This document shows positions 42,667-53,785 of a DNA stretch of 64,000 bases, piece after piece. How positions within the stretch are numbered: the first letter of the stretch is position 1; every line of letters starts with the position of its first letter. The notes beneath the pieces are model-generated. The model had not been told where the DNA came from. It worked only from the letters and a program-made list of their open reading frames with translations, and made no database searches. The translations under genes and the position numbers were made by a program. The stretch is from an uncultured Nitrososphaerales archaeon (lineage in GTDB: Archaea; Thermoproteota; Nitrososphaeria; Nitrososphaerales; Nitrososphaeraceae): the NCBI GenBank assembly GCA_963713605.1, contig CAVQMO010000003.1:352001-416000 (forward strand), read 5' to 3'.

Positions 42667-43062
42667 TCAAGGTTTGGATTCTTCTTCTACAGACTGTTCA
42701 GTTGCAGATTTTTCAGGTAACTTTCCCTCAAGTAGTTTACAGTTCAGCTGATATATTTCCTCAGTAACCATATTGCCTCTAATTAGCTTTCTAATCCTAG
42801 CGCCAGGATTACGGTTACGCATCCCTACTCCTCTAGCAAGCAAGATATACTTTTTTACCCCTCCATGAAGATCTGGCCTCATAGGTGTACCTGATTTGTC
42901 ACTGCCGCCAGTTATCTGCATTTTACCATTAATGCCAACAACATTTGAGTCGATGACATCACCTATTTTTAACCCAAGGAGGGGATTTGCTACTTTGTCC
43001 TTTAATTCTTGACTAACACTTTTTCCAGTACTATCTGAGATGACAACCTTGAATTGCGCCAA
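42667..43062 (-). CDS. rps6e: 30S ribosomal protein S6e
   Basis: FKVVISD, ITGGSDKSGTPMRPD, RKLIRGN. Confidence 0.97.
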   Translation of the reverse strand: MAQFKVVISDSTGKSVSQELKDKVANPLLGLKIGDVIDSNVVGINGKMQITGGSDKSGTPMRPDLHGGVKKYILLARGVGMRNRNPGARIRKLIRGNMVTEEIYQLNCKLLEGKLPEKSATEQSVEEESKP

Positions 43063-43211
43063 TACACTACTACTCTGATCATCCGAGCAGTTGGGGCTTT
43101 AATTAACTTTTGGATGGTTTCTGCATGCATTCTTGGTAATACGACCCTCGCTTATCAAAGACTTTTGGTTAGCTCCATCAAGTTCAGGTTTAGTATGCAA
43201 TTATTCGGTGT

Positions 43212-43406
43212 CTAGAATCCACTCTTGTTCAAATTAGCCTGATAATCATCGGAGATATTCTGAGCTATCCCTTTCATGGTCTCCAAGTACGAATCGTATG
43301 AAGAACTGAACCCACAATGGCCACAGCCAACCTTTGTCATATCTTCATTGACTATTGCTTCATTTCCACACTTCGGACACTTTGCTTTCAACAAAGTCAC
43401 ATACAT
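43212..43406 (-). CDS. Small zinc-ribbon protein
   Basis: CPKCG...CGHCG. Confidence 0.7.
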   Translation of the reverse strand: MYVTLLKAKCPKCGNEAIVNEDMTKVGCGHCGFSSSYDSYLETMKGIAQNISDDYQANLNKSGF

Positions 43407-43655
43407 ATCCGCATTTCAAACTGTATTAACTTTTGGTTTCCAGTTCATGTATCAAACAATTGACATACCATATTATTATTTTCTTAAAAATGATTTAAAT
43501 GAGTCGTTCTCCCAAATTTAGAATGAGCTTGGATGCCAGTATTTTGACGTGTTATTATTTCGATGGCTTGATTTTACGAAATCAATAATAATAAAGTAAT
43601 AATGTCGACGGAGTTGATACCCTTAATTAGGTCTTCTCGCAGATCTAACTCTAAA

Positions 43656-44858
43656 ATGATTCCCATAAACAGACCTTGGCTTAGTGATGAGGAAAAAAAG
43701 GAAATATTAATGGTGCTAGACGAAGGAATTCTTACGTCTGCTGCATTGGAAGGAGGGAAGAGAGTACAGGAATTTGAGTCTCTTCTTAGACGCTATTTAA
43801 GCATTAAGCATGTGATTGCAGTGAACTCTGGAACTTCTGCCCTAATAGCTGCGTTATTAGCATTAGGATTGAAAGAAGGCGACGAAGTACTTTTACCTTC
43901 ATTTACTTTTGTAGCATCAGCTAATTCTGTAGTCGCTGCGGGAGGTTCACCAGTATTCGTCGAAATAAACAAGTCTGACTATACTATCGACATTAGGGAT
44001 CTTGCTACGAAGATTACGAAAAGAACTAGAGCTATTATGCCTGTTCACCTTTACGGCCATCCGGCGGATTTGGATGAAATATTTGAGTTAGCAAGAAGTA
44101 ATTCTCTCGAAATAATAGAAGACGCGTGCCAATCATTGGGTTCTGAATATAGGGAGAAACAAACTGGAACGTTCGGTTCAATGGGTTGTTTTAGTATGTA
44201 TGCCAGCAAAGTACTCACATCGGGAGAGGGTGGTGCAATAGCAACCAATGATGATCTTTTGGCTGATCGATTAAGAATGATACGCAATCATGGGATGGTA
44301 GAAGGTTATGACACTAGAGTATTTGGTCTCAATTTACGACTTCCTGAAATAAGCGCTGCGATAGCAAAGGGCCAAATGAAAAAACTTAACGATATGCTAG
44401 AAAAAAGAAGAAACAATGCAAAACTGTTAACCGACTTGCTTACACATTCTGATGTTGATGGATTCACAACGCCAACCGAACCAGAAGATGGTCACAAGAA
44501 ATTTAATTGGTATCTTTATACGGTTGCACTGGGCAGTCGGATGACGGATGACAAGATTAACACGACAGATCTTCCAGACCATGTTGGTCACCGAGATCAA
44601 ATAAAGGAAGAGATGACAAACACTGCTAAGATCGGGGTAGCCGTATATTACGATCCTCCTGTTCATTTGACTCCGTACTACAGAGAACTTGTACGATCCA
44701 GACTCTCAAATCAGATCCGAGAAATGCCTAATAATCTGAAGACTACAGAATGGGCAAGCAAACACGTGCTTTCCCTACCTGTGCACCCGCTTCTTTCTGC
44801 ACAAGATATTGAACACATAGCAAATAGCTTCAAATCAGCCAAACAAAATACAAAATAA
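43656..44858 (+). CDS. DegT/DnrJ/EryC1/StrS PLP-dependent aminotransferase
   Basis: NSGTSAL, PVHLYG, EDACQSLG, FSMYASKVLTSGEGG, LSLPVHP. Confidence 0.92.
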   Translation: MIPINRPWLSDEEKKEILMVLDEGILTSAALEGGKRVQEFESLLRRYLSIKHVIAVNSGTSALIAALLALGLKEGDEVLLPSFTFVASANSVVAAGGSPVFVEINKSDYTIDIRDLATKITKRTRAIMPVHLYGHPADLDEIFELARSNSLEIIEDACQSLGSEYREKQTGTFGSMGCFSMYASKVLTSGEGGAIATNDDLLADRLRMIRNHGMVEGYDTRVFGLNLRLPEISAAIAKGQMKKLNDMLEKRRNNAKLLTDLLTHSDVDGFTTPTEPEDGHKKFNWYLYTVALGSRMTDDKINTTDLPDHVGHRDQIKEEMTNTAKIGVAVYYDPPVHLTPYYRELVRSRLSNQIREMPNNLKTTEWASKHVLSLPVHPLLSAQDIEHIANSFKSAKQNTK

Positions 44859-44914
44859 TGAAATTGTCAACTGTAGTCCATAAGTCTTAATACCGCAACA
44901 TTCTATCCGCTGTA

Positions 44915-46093
44915 TTGCGACTTGTCATCTATACTGGTAAAGGCGGGACTGGAAAAACAGTAAGTGCTTGTTCAACTGCGTTAAAGTTGTCTGGTCTGAA
45001 ATCCAGAACACTTCTTGTTTCCGCCGACCCAGCTCATACATTGGGTGATGCATTGATGCAAGGCGAAATAGGAGGAGCACCTACAAGAATTTCCGCTGAC
45101 TTGTACGCTGCCCAAGTGGATCCAGTTGCAGAGATGGATTCACATTTCAAGACAATATTTTCTTACTTTGCTTCTTATTTTCAGGCCAAAGGCATTGATG
45201 ATACTATTTCGTATGAGTTGGCCATGTTACCTGGAATGACGCAATTACTCTGCCTGCTGAAAATCGAAGAGGCCGTAAGATCCGGAGATTATGATGTGAT
45301 AATTCTTGACATGCCCGCATCAGGTGAGGCCTTGCGATTCTTATATTTTCCAAAACTTGTAGGAAGCCTAAGCATGAGGCTCTCAGGCCTTGGAGGTCTT
45401 GTCAGTGGCTTCGGCCGACTACTTCAGCCTTACTTTTCAGGCCCCGCTCTCTCAAGTGACTTGATAAAGATTGAAGGAGACTTGCTTCGTAAATTGGAAG
45501 AACTTTCAAAGTTAATTTTTGACCCAAACGTAACTAGTCTCAGGTTAGTAGCCAACGCTGACAGCTTTAGCATGGAAAATGCAAAAAGGACCTTAATGTC
45601 AGCTAATTTGTACGGTATTAATGTAGACATGATTATTATCAACAAGATCATACCTCAGATACATAGTGAGGATAGTTTTTTGGCCAATTGGGGGGAACTT
45701 CAGCATGCTAGAGTGACAGAAGTTAGATCTAACTTTTATCCATTGCCAGTTAAGGAGGTCCCTCTTTACAATGAAGAATTAAAAGGGATAGAGATGCTTA
45801 AGCAAAACGCTGAGATCCTCTTTGGGGACCAAGATCCAAGTCAAATTTTTTATCGTGAAAGGGTTTTTGAATTTAAAAGTGATAGTTCTGGCCTCACTTT
45901 GAAACTAAAGGTTCCTTTTACGAAGAACGCAGACTTTTTGGTTGAACACATCTCAGACCGGATTACTATCAAAGTAGCTACTAACATAGGTTATGTTGTA
46001 AATGTTATTCCGTTGCCTGCTATTACATTAGGAATGAAACTCAAAGCTGCCCGGTTTAGTGATAAGGAATTAGAAATTTCGTTCGAGTATTAG
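44915..46093 (+). CDS. ArsA/GET3-family ATPase with C-terminal HSP20-like domain
   Basis: GKGGTGKT, DPAH, LPG, DMPASG; beta-sandwich C-terminus. Confidence 0.9.
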   Translation: MRLVIYTGKGGTGKTVSACSTALKLSGLKSRTLLVSADPAHTLGDALMQGEIGGAPTRISADLYAAQVDPVAEMDSHFKTIFSYFASYFQAKGIDDTISYELAMLPGMTQLLCLLKIEEAVRSGDYDVIILDMPASGEALRFLYFPKLVGSLSMRLSGLGGLVSGFGRLLQPYFSGPALSSDLIKIEGDLLRKLEELSKLIFDPNVTSLRLVANADSFSMENAKRTLMSANLYGINVDMIIINKIIPQIHSEDSFLANWGELQHARVTEVRSNFYPLPVKEVPLYNEELKGIEMLKQNAEILFGDQDPSQIFYRERVFEFKSDSSGLTLKLKVPFTKNADFLVEHISDRITIKVATNIGYVVNVIPLPAITLGMKLKAARFSDKELEISFEY

Positions 46094-46220
46094 AAATTCA
46101 CCATCTACATGAATTAAATTAGAATAAGTTTCAAAACTGTGTATTCTTATGTCTAAATCTCCAATACGAATCCTTCATTACCTATAGATACTACATGCGC
46201 TAAGCTTTTCGTAATAATCT

Positions 46221-46727
46221 ATGAACAGGGTCTTATCAATTCTAATGGCAATAACTATATGCACCATGTATTTGGTCGGTACGGTCAGCCTTTTTGATCT
46301 TGTTCCTGCTAAAGCTCAGGATTCAGGCACTAACCATTTAACTATAGAAAATCTACCCGTAATAAACCAAGATACATCATCACCACAACAAGCTAGCAAT
46401 GACAAGATTTCATTCAGGATTAAAGGCATAGACTACTCTACCAAAATTGCTCAGATATTAGTTACTATCGATGGTAAAACTTATGCTAACACCTTGGATC
46501 CGATATCCTTGTTGGACCCCCATGACGACGGTAATGGAGTGATACAGTTTAGTATGCTGGTTCCTAAAGATGCTATAACGCCAGGAAGCACATACACGGC
46601 ATGCATAAAGATCTTAGAGGACACGGATAGCTTTGGCAATAATTTGGCTTGTCAGTCTGGCTCAACAGATGAAATACACTCTTTATCAGGAGAAAAACAA
46701 AACCAACGGGTCAATCTATATCTATAG
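46221..46727 (+). CDS. Secreted hypothetical protein
   Basis: Signal peptide ending AKA; beta-rich domain with two Cys. Confidence 0.6.
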   Translation: MNRVLSILMAITICTMYLVGTVSLFDLVPAKAQDSGTNHLTIENLPVINQDTSSPQQASNDKISFRIKGIDYSTKIAQILVTIDGKTYANTLDPISLLDPHDDGNGVIQFSMLVPKDAITPGSTYTACIKILEDTDSFGNNLACQSGSTDEIHSLSGEKQNQRVNLYL

Positions 46728-47102
46728 ATTAACCCGTACGCGTTGCCTTACGCCTTTGATTCACAACACTGCTTTATTCGGTACGCAGTGTAACTAAGCT
46801 TTGTGTTAGCTGTATGGGACACCGACGATTTAACGATGTCGATTATGCTTTTTAAGATCGTTCTGTCTAGCAATACCATTGGAAAATAGCGATCAAATTA
46901 CCCTTGCAACACTGACACACAGATGAGTCTACAACCGGGCGCTGCCCGATTAATAAAATACTCAAGAAAGTATCAACAATTAAGCTAACTCTTACCCCAG
47001 CTTTTGATGATCTTCTCGCAAGTTTATCGACGTACTGCTGCTCTATGTTTCACTTTTATATCGATATTATTAAAGCAAATATATTTATTATTGTTTAGAA
47101 AC

Positions 47103-47116
47103 TTAATAATTATTAA
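47103..47116. promoter_or_regulatory. Palindrome TTAATAATTATTAA just upstream of the NikR-like gene (candidate autoregulatory operator)
   Basis: Perfect 14-bp palindrome; related TAATAA/TTATTA half-sites at 47850-47908 upstream of znuA. AT-rich context weakens significance. Confidence 0.35.
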
Positions 47117-47122
47117 TACTAG

Positions 47123-47506
47123 ATGACAATTGTTAGTATATCCCTAAATGATGAAATTCTGAATGAAATGGATAAATTACAAAAATCACTCGGATTTAGT
47201 GGACGATCAGAAATAGTCAGAGCAGGCATCAGGGGTATGATATCTGAAGAAAGATCACGGCAGGATCTGGTGGGATACATCCATGCAATACTTTTGGTTA
47301 TTCATAATGAGGCTTCTGACGACGAAATAAGTAATCTAAGACACGCCTATGATGAACTAATAGCAACTCATCTGCATAGTAAAATTGACAGGGATAGATG
47401 TCTGGAGATATTTTTGTTAAGAGGTGATGCAAAACCTATGAGAGATATGACAAAAAAATTTCAGGCTAATAAAAGGATGGATAACGTTCAATTGATAGCA
47501 ATGTAG
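47123..47506 (+). CDS. NikR-family RHH/ACT metal-responsive regulator
   Basis: IVSISL..EILNEMD...GFSGRSEIVRAGIR; H...HLH...CLE metal site. Confidence 0.9.
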   Translation: MTIVSISLNDEILNEMDKLQKSLGFSGRSEIVRAGIRGMISEERSRQDLVGYIHAILLVIHNEASDDEISNLRHAYDELIATHLHSKIDRDRCLEIFLLRGDAKPMRDMTKKFQANKRMDNVQLIAM

Positions 47507-47923
47507 ATAAAGGAAATCTCTTTTCAAAGAGACCTCGATCGGGTAACGAGTGATCGGATATCTTGACCGAGTGTGTTCCGGTGTATGATATCTGTTAGCA
47601 ATTAATCTTGTTATCTGTTAGGATAAGGCATTTAGCAGTAAAGGTAGGAGAGGATTTTGCAGGTATTACTATCAGCAGGAGACGGCGATGACTCACTCAT
47701 GAGAGGGGAAGCTCATTCCCTTATTCCGAAACCTCGGCCAAAAATAAATTCGCGGTTATATTTACAATCAAAGGTTCTTCTCGCTAGTTATTTAACATGA
47801 CAATTACAAATTGTAACTATCAATCAAACACATTTTTTGTCAATGCCAGTTAATAATAGTATTTAATAGAGAAGGTTAAAATTATTAATAACACTTATAT
47901 TATTATTAGCGACATTTTGATCT

Positions 47924-48889
47924 GTGGCAATCTATTATTGCATTATCCTTATCGAAGTTTTCTTTTTTATTGTACTGGGCTGTTTAGTAATACACGCTTC
48001 TGGGAATGCCGTGGCCCAGGAAGACAATATCTCTAAAACTCTGGCCATTTCCAGTTCCAATTTATCTGAACCGATAACTCAACAATCACCAAAAGTAACT
48101 GTGGTTGCCTCATTCTTCCCCATTTATGAATTTGCGAAGCATGTAGGAGGGGACAGGGTAAACATAATAACTCTTATTCCAGCCGGTGTAGAGCCCCACG
48201 ACTATGAGCCCACAATCCAACAGCTACAAGAGGCAGAAAATGCAGATGTAGTATTCTTTAATGGTCTTGGCTTTGAGGATTCCTGGATAGACAGGGTCAA
48301 CAATGATAATTTGGTTGACACAAGTGTTCTCTCTAATTTGTCTCAAGGCAATCAAATAAGAAATCCACATATTTGGCTGGATCCCGTCTTTGCAAAGACT
48401 CAAGTACAGCAGATCAAAAATGCATTAACAGAAATTGATCCTAATAACAAACTATACTACCAGAACAATGCGATGAATTTTACTTCTAAGCTAGATTCAT
48501 TGGATTCTGAAATAAGAACTGCACTTCCGACCTGTAATAAGAAGGATTTTATTGCATTTCATGACGCATTTGGCTACTTTGCTAAAAGGTATGGTCTAAT
48601 TCAACATAGTGTCCAAGGAGTATCACCGGAAGGAGAAATTCTACCTCAGCGAATCGAGGAAACTATAAGACTGGCCAATGATCTTGGGCTGAATGTTATT
48701 TATGCAGAGGAATTGGTAGACCCTAGATTTGCTGAAGTGATTGCACAGGAGATCCCTAATGGCAAGGTACTGGTACTGAGCCCTTTGGAAGGAATTGAGA
48801 AAGACGAAGAGGACTCAGGAATAGGATACCTTGACAAGATGGAGCAAAATATTTCCAATTTGAAAGTAGGTTTGGAATGCTTAACATAA
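47924..48889 (+). CDS. znuA: Zn/Mn ABC transporter substrate-binding protein
   Basis: EPHDYEP, NPHIWLDP, FHDAFGYF, LSPLE. Confidence 0.9.
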   Translation: MAIYYCIILIEVFFFIVLGCLVIHASGNAVAQEDNISKTLAISSSNLSEPITQQSPKVTVVASFFPIYEFAKHVGGDRVNIITLIPAGVEPHDYEPTIQQLQEAENADVVFFNGLGFEDSWIDRVNNDNLVDTSVLSNLSQGNQIRNPHIWLDPVFAKTQVQQIKNALTEIDPNNKLYYQNNAMNFTSKLDSLDSEIRTALPTCNKKDFIAFHDAFGYFAKRYGLIQHSVQGVSPEGEILPQRIEETIRLANDLGLNVIYAEELVDPRFAEVIAQEIPNGKVLVLSPLEGIEKDEEDSGIGYLDKMEQNISNLKVGLECLT

Positions 48890-49692
48890 CTTCAGCTAGC
48901 GCTAATCCAATAGTGGAAATTGACCACTTATCTTATTGGTACGATTCTTCATCTCTCACCTTAGATGATATTTCATTTAGAATGGAACAAGCAGACCTGC
49001 TGGGGATAATAGGTCCTAATGGCGCAGGGAAAACCACTCTTTTTAATTGCATTCTCGGAATTCTGCCTGACTATAGGGGTACTGTTAGACTTTTTGGAAA
49101 GGAGAGGTTGAAAAATAGAAAAACATTGTTAAGCAAAGTAGGATACGTGCCTCAGCATACATCAATTGAACAAAGCTTTCCTGCAAACATAGAGGAGATT
49201 ATTTCATTTGGATTGCTAGGATCCATCGAGAAGTACAGTCGAAGTTATGCAAAGGACCAAGTTCTTAAAGCAATGCAGATAGTGGGATTAACTGATAAGA
49301 AGAATAAAAGATTCAATGAGCTATCCGGCGGACAACAACAAAGAGTCCTAATCGCTAAGGCCCTGGTACATAATCCTAAGCTACTAATATTAGATGAGCC
49401 CACAAGCGGCATAGACCAAGAAACACAAGATAGATTTTATGAACTAATTCGGAATCTCAATGCAGAAGAAAAAATATCCATCATATTGTCTTCGCATGAT
49501 CTAGATGCTGTAAGTAAGCTTGCCAATAAGGTTGCGTGCATCAACAGAAAAATGCATTTTCATGGAGATGCGAAAGATTTCTTTGGTGATGAAAACATGC
49601 TTAAGACTTATTATGAATCTTCGATGCAGGCACATTTGAGGCTTCATAAATTCAACGCCAAATCCAATCCTCAGCAGCTTCCATCTGCCTAA
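48877..49692 (+). CDS. znuC: Zn/Mn ABC transporter ATPase
   Basis: GPNGAGKT, YVPQ, LSGGQQQR, LDEP. Confidence 0.9.
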   Translation: MLNITSASANPIVEIDHLSYWYDSSSLTLDDISFRMEQADLLGIIGPNGAGKTTLFNCILGILPDYRGTVRLFGKERLKNRKTLLSKVGYVPQHTSIEQSFPANIEEIISFGLLGSIEKYSRSYAKDQVLKAMQIVGLTDKKNKRFNELSGGQQQRVLIAKALVHNPKLLILDEPTSGIDQETQDRFYELIRNLNAEEKISIILSSHDLDAVSKLANKVACINRKMHFHGDAKDFFGDENMLKTYYESSMQAHLRLHKFNAKSNPQQLPSA

Positions 49693-49720
49693 AAAGAGGG
49701 GGTATGATGAGCTGACCATT

Positions 49721-50572
49721 TTGGAAATTTTAGAGTTTGGATTTATGCAGCGTGCATTAATCTCTGGCATTGCAGTTGCTGCTATATGTTCCGCAATTGG
49801 CCTATTTCTAGTGCTTAGAAAACATTCACTATTCGGCGATGCGATGTCTCATGTTGCCTTTGGCGGGTTGTCTATAGGACTATTCATTAATTTATATCCA
49901 ATATGGACGGCGTACGCCTTTACTTTAATTGCTGCATTAGGAATTACAAAAATGACAGATTCTATCAAGATCCCGCCTGATTCGTCGGTCGCAATTCTGC
50001 TTTCATCGGGACTAGCTGTTGGAATAGTTCTGATAAGTCTGTCCGGGGGATTCTCTCTAGACCTTTTCAGTTTCTTGTTTGGAAGCATCCTGCTAATAAG
50101 TACTCAGGATACTATTACCATTGTATCTCTCAGTATTGCGATTCTTTCAATTATAGTAATAATGTATAGGCGATTGATGTACATTACTTTTGACGAGAAA
50201 CAAGCTGGAGTAAGTGGAATTAATGTGAAATTAGCTAACTACGTCTTTATCGTGCTCGCAGCAATAACTGTAGTCACATCTATTAGACTAGTAGGAGTCC
50301 TCTTGATATCTGCACTGATTGTCCTACCAAATATAACTGCAATATTATTTGGTAGGGGTTTTAAGAAGACTGCCATGATTTCAATAGGTATTGCTATTGC
50401 GTCAGTTGTGTGGGGAATTGTCATATCTTATTTAGCTAATGTTGCTCCTGCAGGTGCTATAGTTCTTACCAGTGTGGCTATATTTCTGGGTACTATCGTT
50501 ACGCGCGAAATTAGGAAATCCGTACTGGCGGGAAAGATTACAGAGCCAAACGTGCACAAGGGATCTCAGTAA
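49721..50572 (+). CDS. znuB: Zn/Mn ABC transporter permease
   Basis: FMQRAL, GDAMSHVAFGG, FLFGSIL, VGVLLISAL. Confidence 0.9.
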   Translation: MEILEFGFMQRALISGIAVAAICSAIGLFLVLRKHSLFGDAMSHVAFGGLSIGLFINLYPIWTAYAFTLIAALGITKMTDSIKIPPDSSVAILLSSGLAVGIVLISLSGGFSLDLFSFLFGSILLISTQDTITIVSLSIAILSIIVIMYRRLMYITFDEKQAGVSGINVKLANYVFIVLAAITVVTSIRLVGVLLISALIVLPNITAILFGRGFKKTAMISIGIAIASVVWGIVISYLANVAPAGAIVLTSVAIFLGTIVTREIRKSVLAGKITEPNVHKGSQ

Positions 50573-50845
50573 GGATAAACATATTGTCCAATCAATCTCA
50601 TACAGATCTTCAATTGGTCATTTTAAACTGCATGTTAGAAGACTTTACCCCTCGAACTTAATCGCGGGATGTTTACGGATAAAACAGGTCACGAGCAATA
50701 GTTTTGCTTTCAATGTATGCCCCAAAAAACTTAACGAAAAAGGATGACTTTTCGAGTCACGCGCTACTTCAAATCAGAAACTTAGATCATACTGAAATCT
50801 TGTGAGTCCTCGAATTATCTGTACTGGTACACCCACTTTGGAGGT

Positions 50846-51178
50846 TCAATCTGCAAGCATGTGATGGAAACAAGAGCGCTGCCCTGTATGACAGGCAGGA
50901 CGGTCAGACTCAACGATATATAACACTGCATCTAGATCACAATCCATACGTATTTCTTTGACTGGTTGTATGTTCCCAGATTCTTCACCCTTCATCCAAA
51001 GCTTGCCCTTCGATGTGCTCCAAAACCAGGCGTTTCCAGTCATATTTGTTTTTCTCAGTGCTTCTTGATTGACGTAAGCCAACATGAGCACTTCCTTGGT
51101 CTTGAGATCCTGTACTACGACAGGAATTATTCCATTCCTTTTTTTGAAGTTAATAGACTTCAATGATCTGCTTTCCAT
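50846..51178 (-). CDS. hisI: Phosphoribosyl-AMP cyclohydrolase
   Basis: VLMLAY, LWMKGEESG, DCDLD, ACHTG..SCF. Confidence 0.95.
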   Translation of the reverse strand: MESRSLKSINFKKRNGIIPVVVQDLKTKEVLMLAYVNQEALRKTNMTGNAWFWSTSKGKLWMKGEESGNIQPVKEIRMDCDLDAVLYIVESDRPACHTGQRSCFHHMLAD

Positions 51179-51589
51179 GCTTTGATAATTCCTAAACTGA
51201 ATTTGAATTACTGCTAATAAATAACTAACTTGCTATATTTGTGAACACGCTTTAAGAAGTCTGAATAATTGATCAATCGAAAGCAATAAAGTAATTATCG
51301 TTAAAGGAGGTGCAATCCGTCTTCAAATCATATGCAAGCGGGGATGTCAACGAGGGTAGAGTTGAAATCATGACACCTAAGCAAGATTCGTAGTTCATTC
51401 AATGAATCCCTGTTAACTTAATGGATATTATTATCAAATGTGAAAAATGGTATAACACTTATTATATTGTCAAAGGTATTTTATTAATTAAAATTTATGA
51501 ATAGTGTTTAACCTGGGAGTGTCTCTCCGAATCGAACGAATCCGCATAGAGTTTAAATAAGATGTATCTCGAATAATTGCAGATAAAGT

Positions 51590-52126
51590 ATGCCAATTGA
51601 TCCAGACTTTCCAAAGAATCACCAAGTGATAGGTAAACATATTCTCGGAGATGGCGAGCAATTCCACTATGTATGGGGACCAGGAAAACTTCAAGAAGCT
51701 GCAGAAAACGAAGAAGTCAAGTCAGCATTTACAGCAAGAGGAGAAGAAATAGTGCCAATAGGTGTGCACGGGACTATGGTAGCAGTAGACTGGGATTCAT
51801 GCGTGGCCGACGGAGCATGCATAGAGGCTTGTCCAGTTCAGGTTTTCCAGTGGTACAGAACTGAAAATGATGTACCTCCTACAGAGGTGACCAATGCCAC
51901 TAGTAATGGAACGGGTAGCAGCGAAAAGGAAGAACGTAAAGATTATACTGACAAAGCTGACCCGATTAGGGAACATGACTGCATTTGGTGCATGGCATGT
52001 GTTTCTGTATGTCCTCCTCAAGCAGTAAAAGTAGATCAGTCCAATTTGGAATACCATGAGAAGGCGTCAGGAACGTTTAATGAAGCCCTTTCTAAAGGTA
52101 GTGCACCGCCACCTCATGCGCACTAA
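51590..52126 (+). CDS. zfx: Zinc-containing dicluster ferredoxin
   Basis: His-bearing N-extension (MPIDPDF..H..HYVWGP..GVHGT); CVADGACIEACP and CIWCMACVSVCP. Confidence 0.85.
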   Translation: MPIDPDFPKNHQVIGKHILGDGEQFHYVWGPGKLQEAAENEEVKSAFTARGEEIVPIGVHGTMVAVDWDSCVADGACIEACPVQVFQWYRTENDVPPTEVTNATSNGTGSSEKEERKDYTDKADPIREHDCIWCMACVSVCPPQAVKVDQSNLEYHEKASGTFNEALSKGSAPPPHAH

Positions 52127-52356
52127 ACCTTAAATTTTTTGTCAAGACTTTCTATTTAAGATATCTAGCTAGATTGAATTTTACCCAAAGGATTTTTCTC
52201 CATGGCTTCGGTACTGAACATGATTTGGTAGAGGCCGATGACATGAATTGGGCAACTAATTCTAAGGAGACGAAGCGGTGACTAAGCCAACCTATTTTTG
52301 AGGAGTTATCCAAAATCTGAGCAAATTGGGAAGCGGAAAAAATTTCAAGGGATATC

Positions 52357-52953
52357 ATGATTTTAGCGAACGATTCTTACATGGGTATCTTTATGCCTCG
52401 TGATATTCAAAATAGAATACTACAATTTATAGATGGAAAATTGACTTTCCCATTCATTCGTGGCGATGAAATAGTAGGAGTTTTTTTTCTCTTCGGCAAA
52501 GACGGCAAGTTATCAAAGGGGATCGACATTCTGAATGCCAAGGATCTAGCCCGCAATGGAATGAATCAGATAACAAAAGAGGTCAAGTTATGTAATTCCA
52601 TGCCAAATCGAACAACCTTAGATTTTGTTAGAGAAAACTATACCCGGAGGGCATTGCAGATTTCAACTGATTTGAGTAATTCGTCAGAGAGAGATAGCTC
52701 TCGGATACGAGACAGAATTTCTGGAGACCCGACCATATTGATAAACTGCTTTGCGCAACATATTGCTTACTATCGACAGGACTACTTTTTTGAACTGCTA
52801 AATCCACTGCGAGCGGCACAAATTCCGGAGCATCTGAGGGAAAAAATGGAGTTAAGGATGTTGCTATTGGGATTTAACACGAAGAGTGTAGAAAATCTAC
52901 CATACGCTAGTACCCTAACACCTTTTTTTAACTGGCTGTCGGCGATAGCTTAA
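52357..52953 (+). CDS. Hypothetical protein
   Basis: 198-aa ORF; no motif recognised. Confidence 0.55.
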   Translation: MILANDSYMGIFMPRDIQNRILQFIDGKLTFPFIRGDEIVGVFFLFGKDGKLSKGIDILNAKDLARNGMNQITKEVKLCNSMPNRTTLDFVRENYTRRALQISTDLSNSSERDSSRIRDRISGDPTILINCFAQHIAYYRQDYFFELLNPLRAAQIPEHLREKMELRMLLLGFNTKSVENLPYASTLTPFFNWLSAIA

Positions 52954-53058
52954 ATCTAGCGAATAGGAAGTAAAAATATTTGCGGGGTGGTAATCATGAA
53001 CTGGCCGTTAATTTGATCACAAAGAACATTAAGTACATTTGAGAAAGGATCTGCGTTA

Positions 53059-53490
53059 ATGAGCGTTCAAACTAAGTCAGACTATGAGATGTTATTGTCT
53101 CGGCTGCGAGATAAATTAGGGAACACTACAAGAAAACAGGCATCGAGACTAGAACTTCCTACTCCACAAATAATCTGGGTTGGCCAGCGTACAATTTTTA
53201 GGAATTTCATGGAATTTCCTAAAGCGTTAAACAGGGATCCCGAAAAGTTATTGTTATATTTGAACAAAGAGCTTGCTTCGGCAGGATATATTGCAGGGGA
53301 GAGAGTCATATTTTTAGGAAGAAAGGAACCTTCATCTTTTGGTGCATTAATTGATCGATATGTAAAAGATTACGTCATATGCCCTGTCTGTGGAAGCCCA
53401 GATACTAGAACTGAAAAGAGTAAGAAATTGGGTTTTCTATTGTGCGAGGCTTGCGGTGCGAAATCATCCATCAAAGGGAATTATGCCTGA
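53059..53490 (+). CDS. eif2b: Translation initiation factor 2 beta subunit
   Basis: TIFRNF, LNRDP, YVICPVCGSPDT, CEACGA. Confidence 0.95.
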   Translation: MSVQTKSDYEMLLSRLRDKLGNTTRKQASRLELPTPQIIWVGQRTIFRNFMEFPKALNRDPEKLLLYLNKELASAGYIAGERVIFLGRKEPSSFGALIDRYVKDYVICPVCGSPDTRTEKSKKLGFLLCEACGAKSSIKGNYA

Positions 53491-53785
53491 ATCGATTATT
53501 GGATCTTGCTTCCATTGGGCAATCAGATGCCCATTTGGTTATGTGAAATAATCACCGTACTTGATCAATCCTGTTCTGGTTTGACTAGTTTTCACTATCA
53601 CCTATCAGGTGTTCTATCAACACATTGCTTTTCCGAATCGAGTAACCAAGTAAGTGGCTAGATAAGAAGTATCAACAATTCAGCTGCGTGCCAAATTACG
53701 CCATTCTTGCATAACTATTTTTTGCCTAGTGCTCGCAGAAAGTTAACATTGGCCTCTAGAGTACCATATCGCTCTGTATCTCGCG

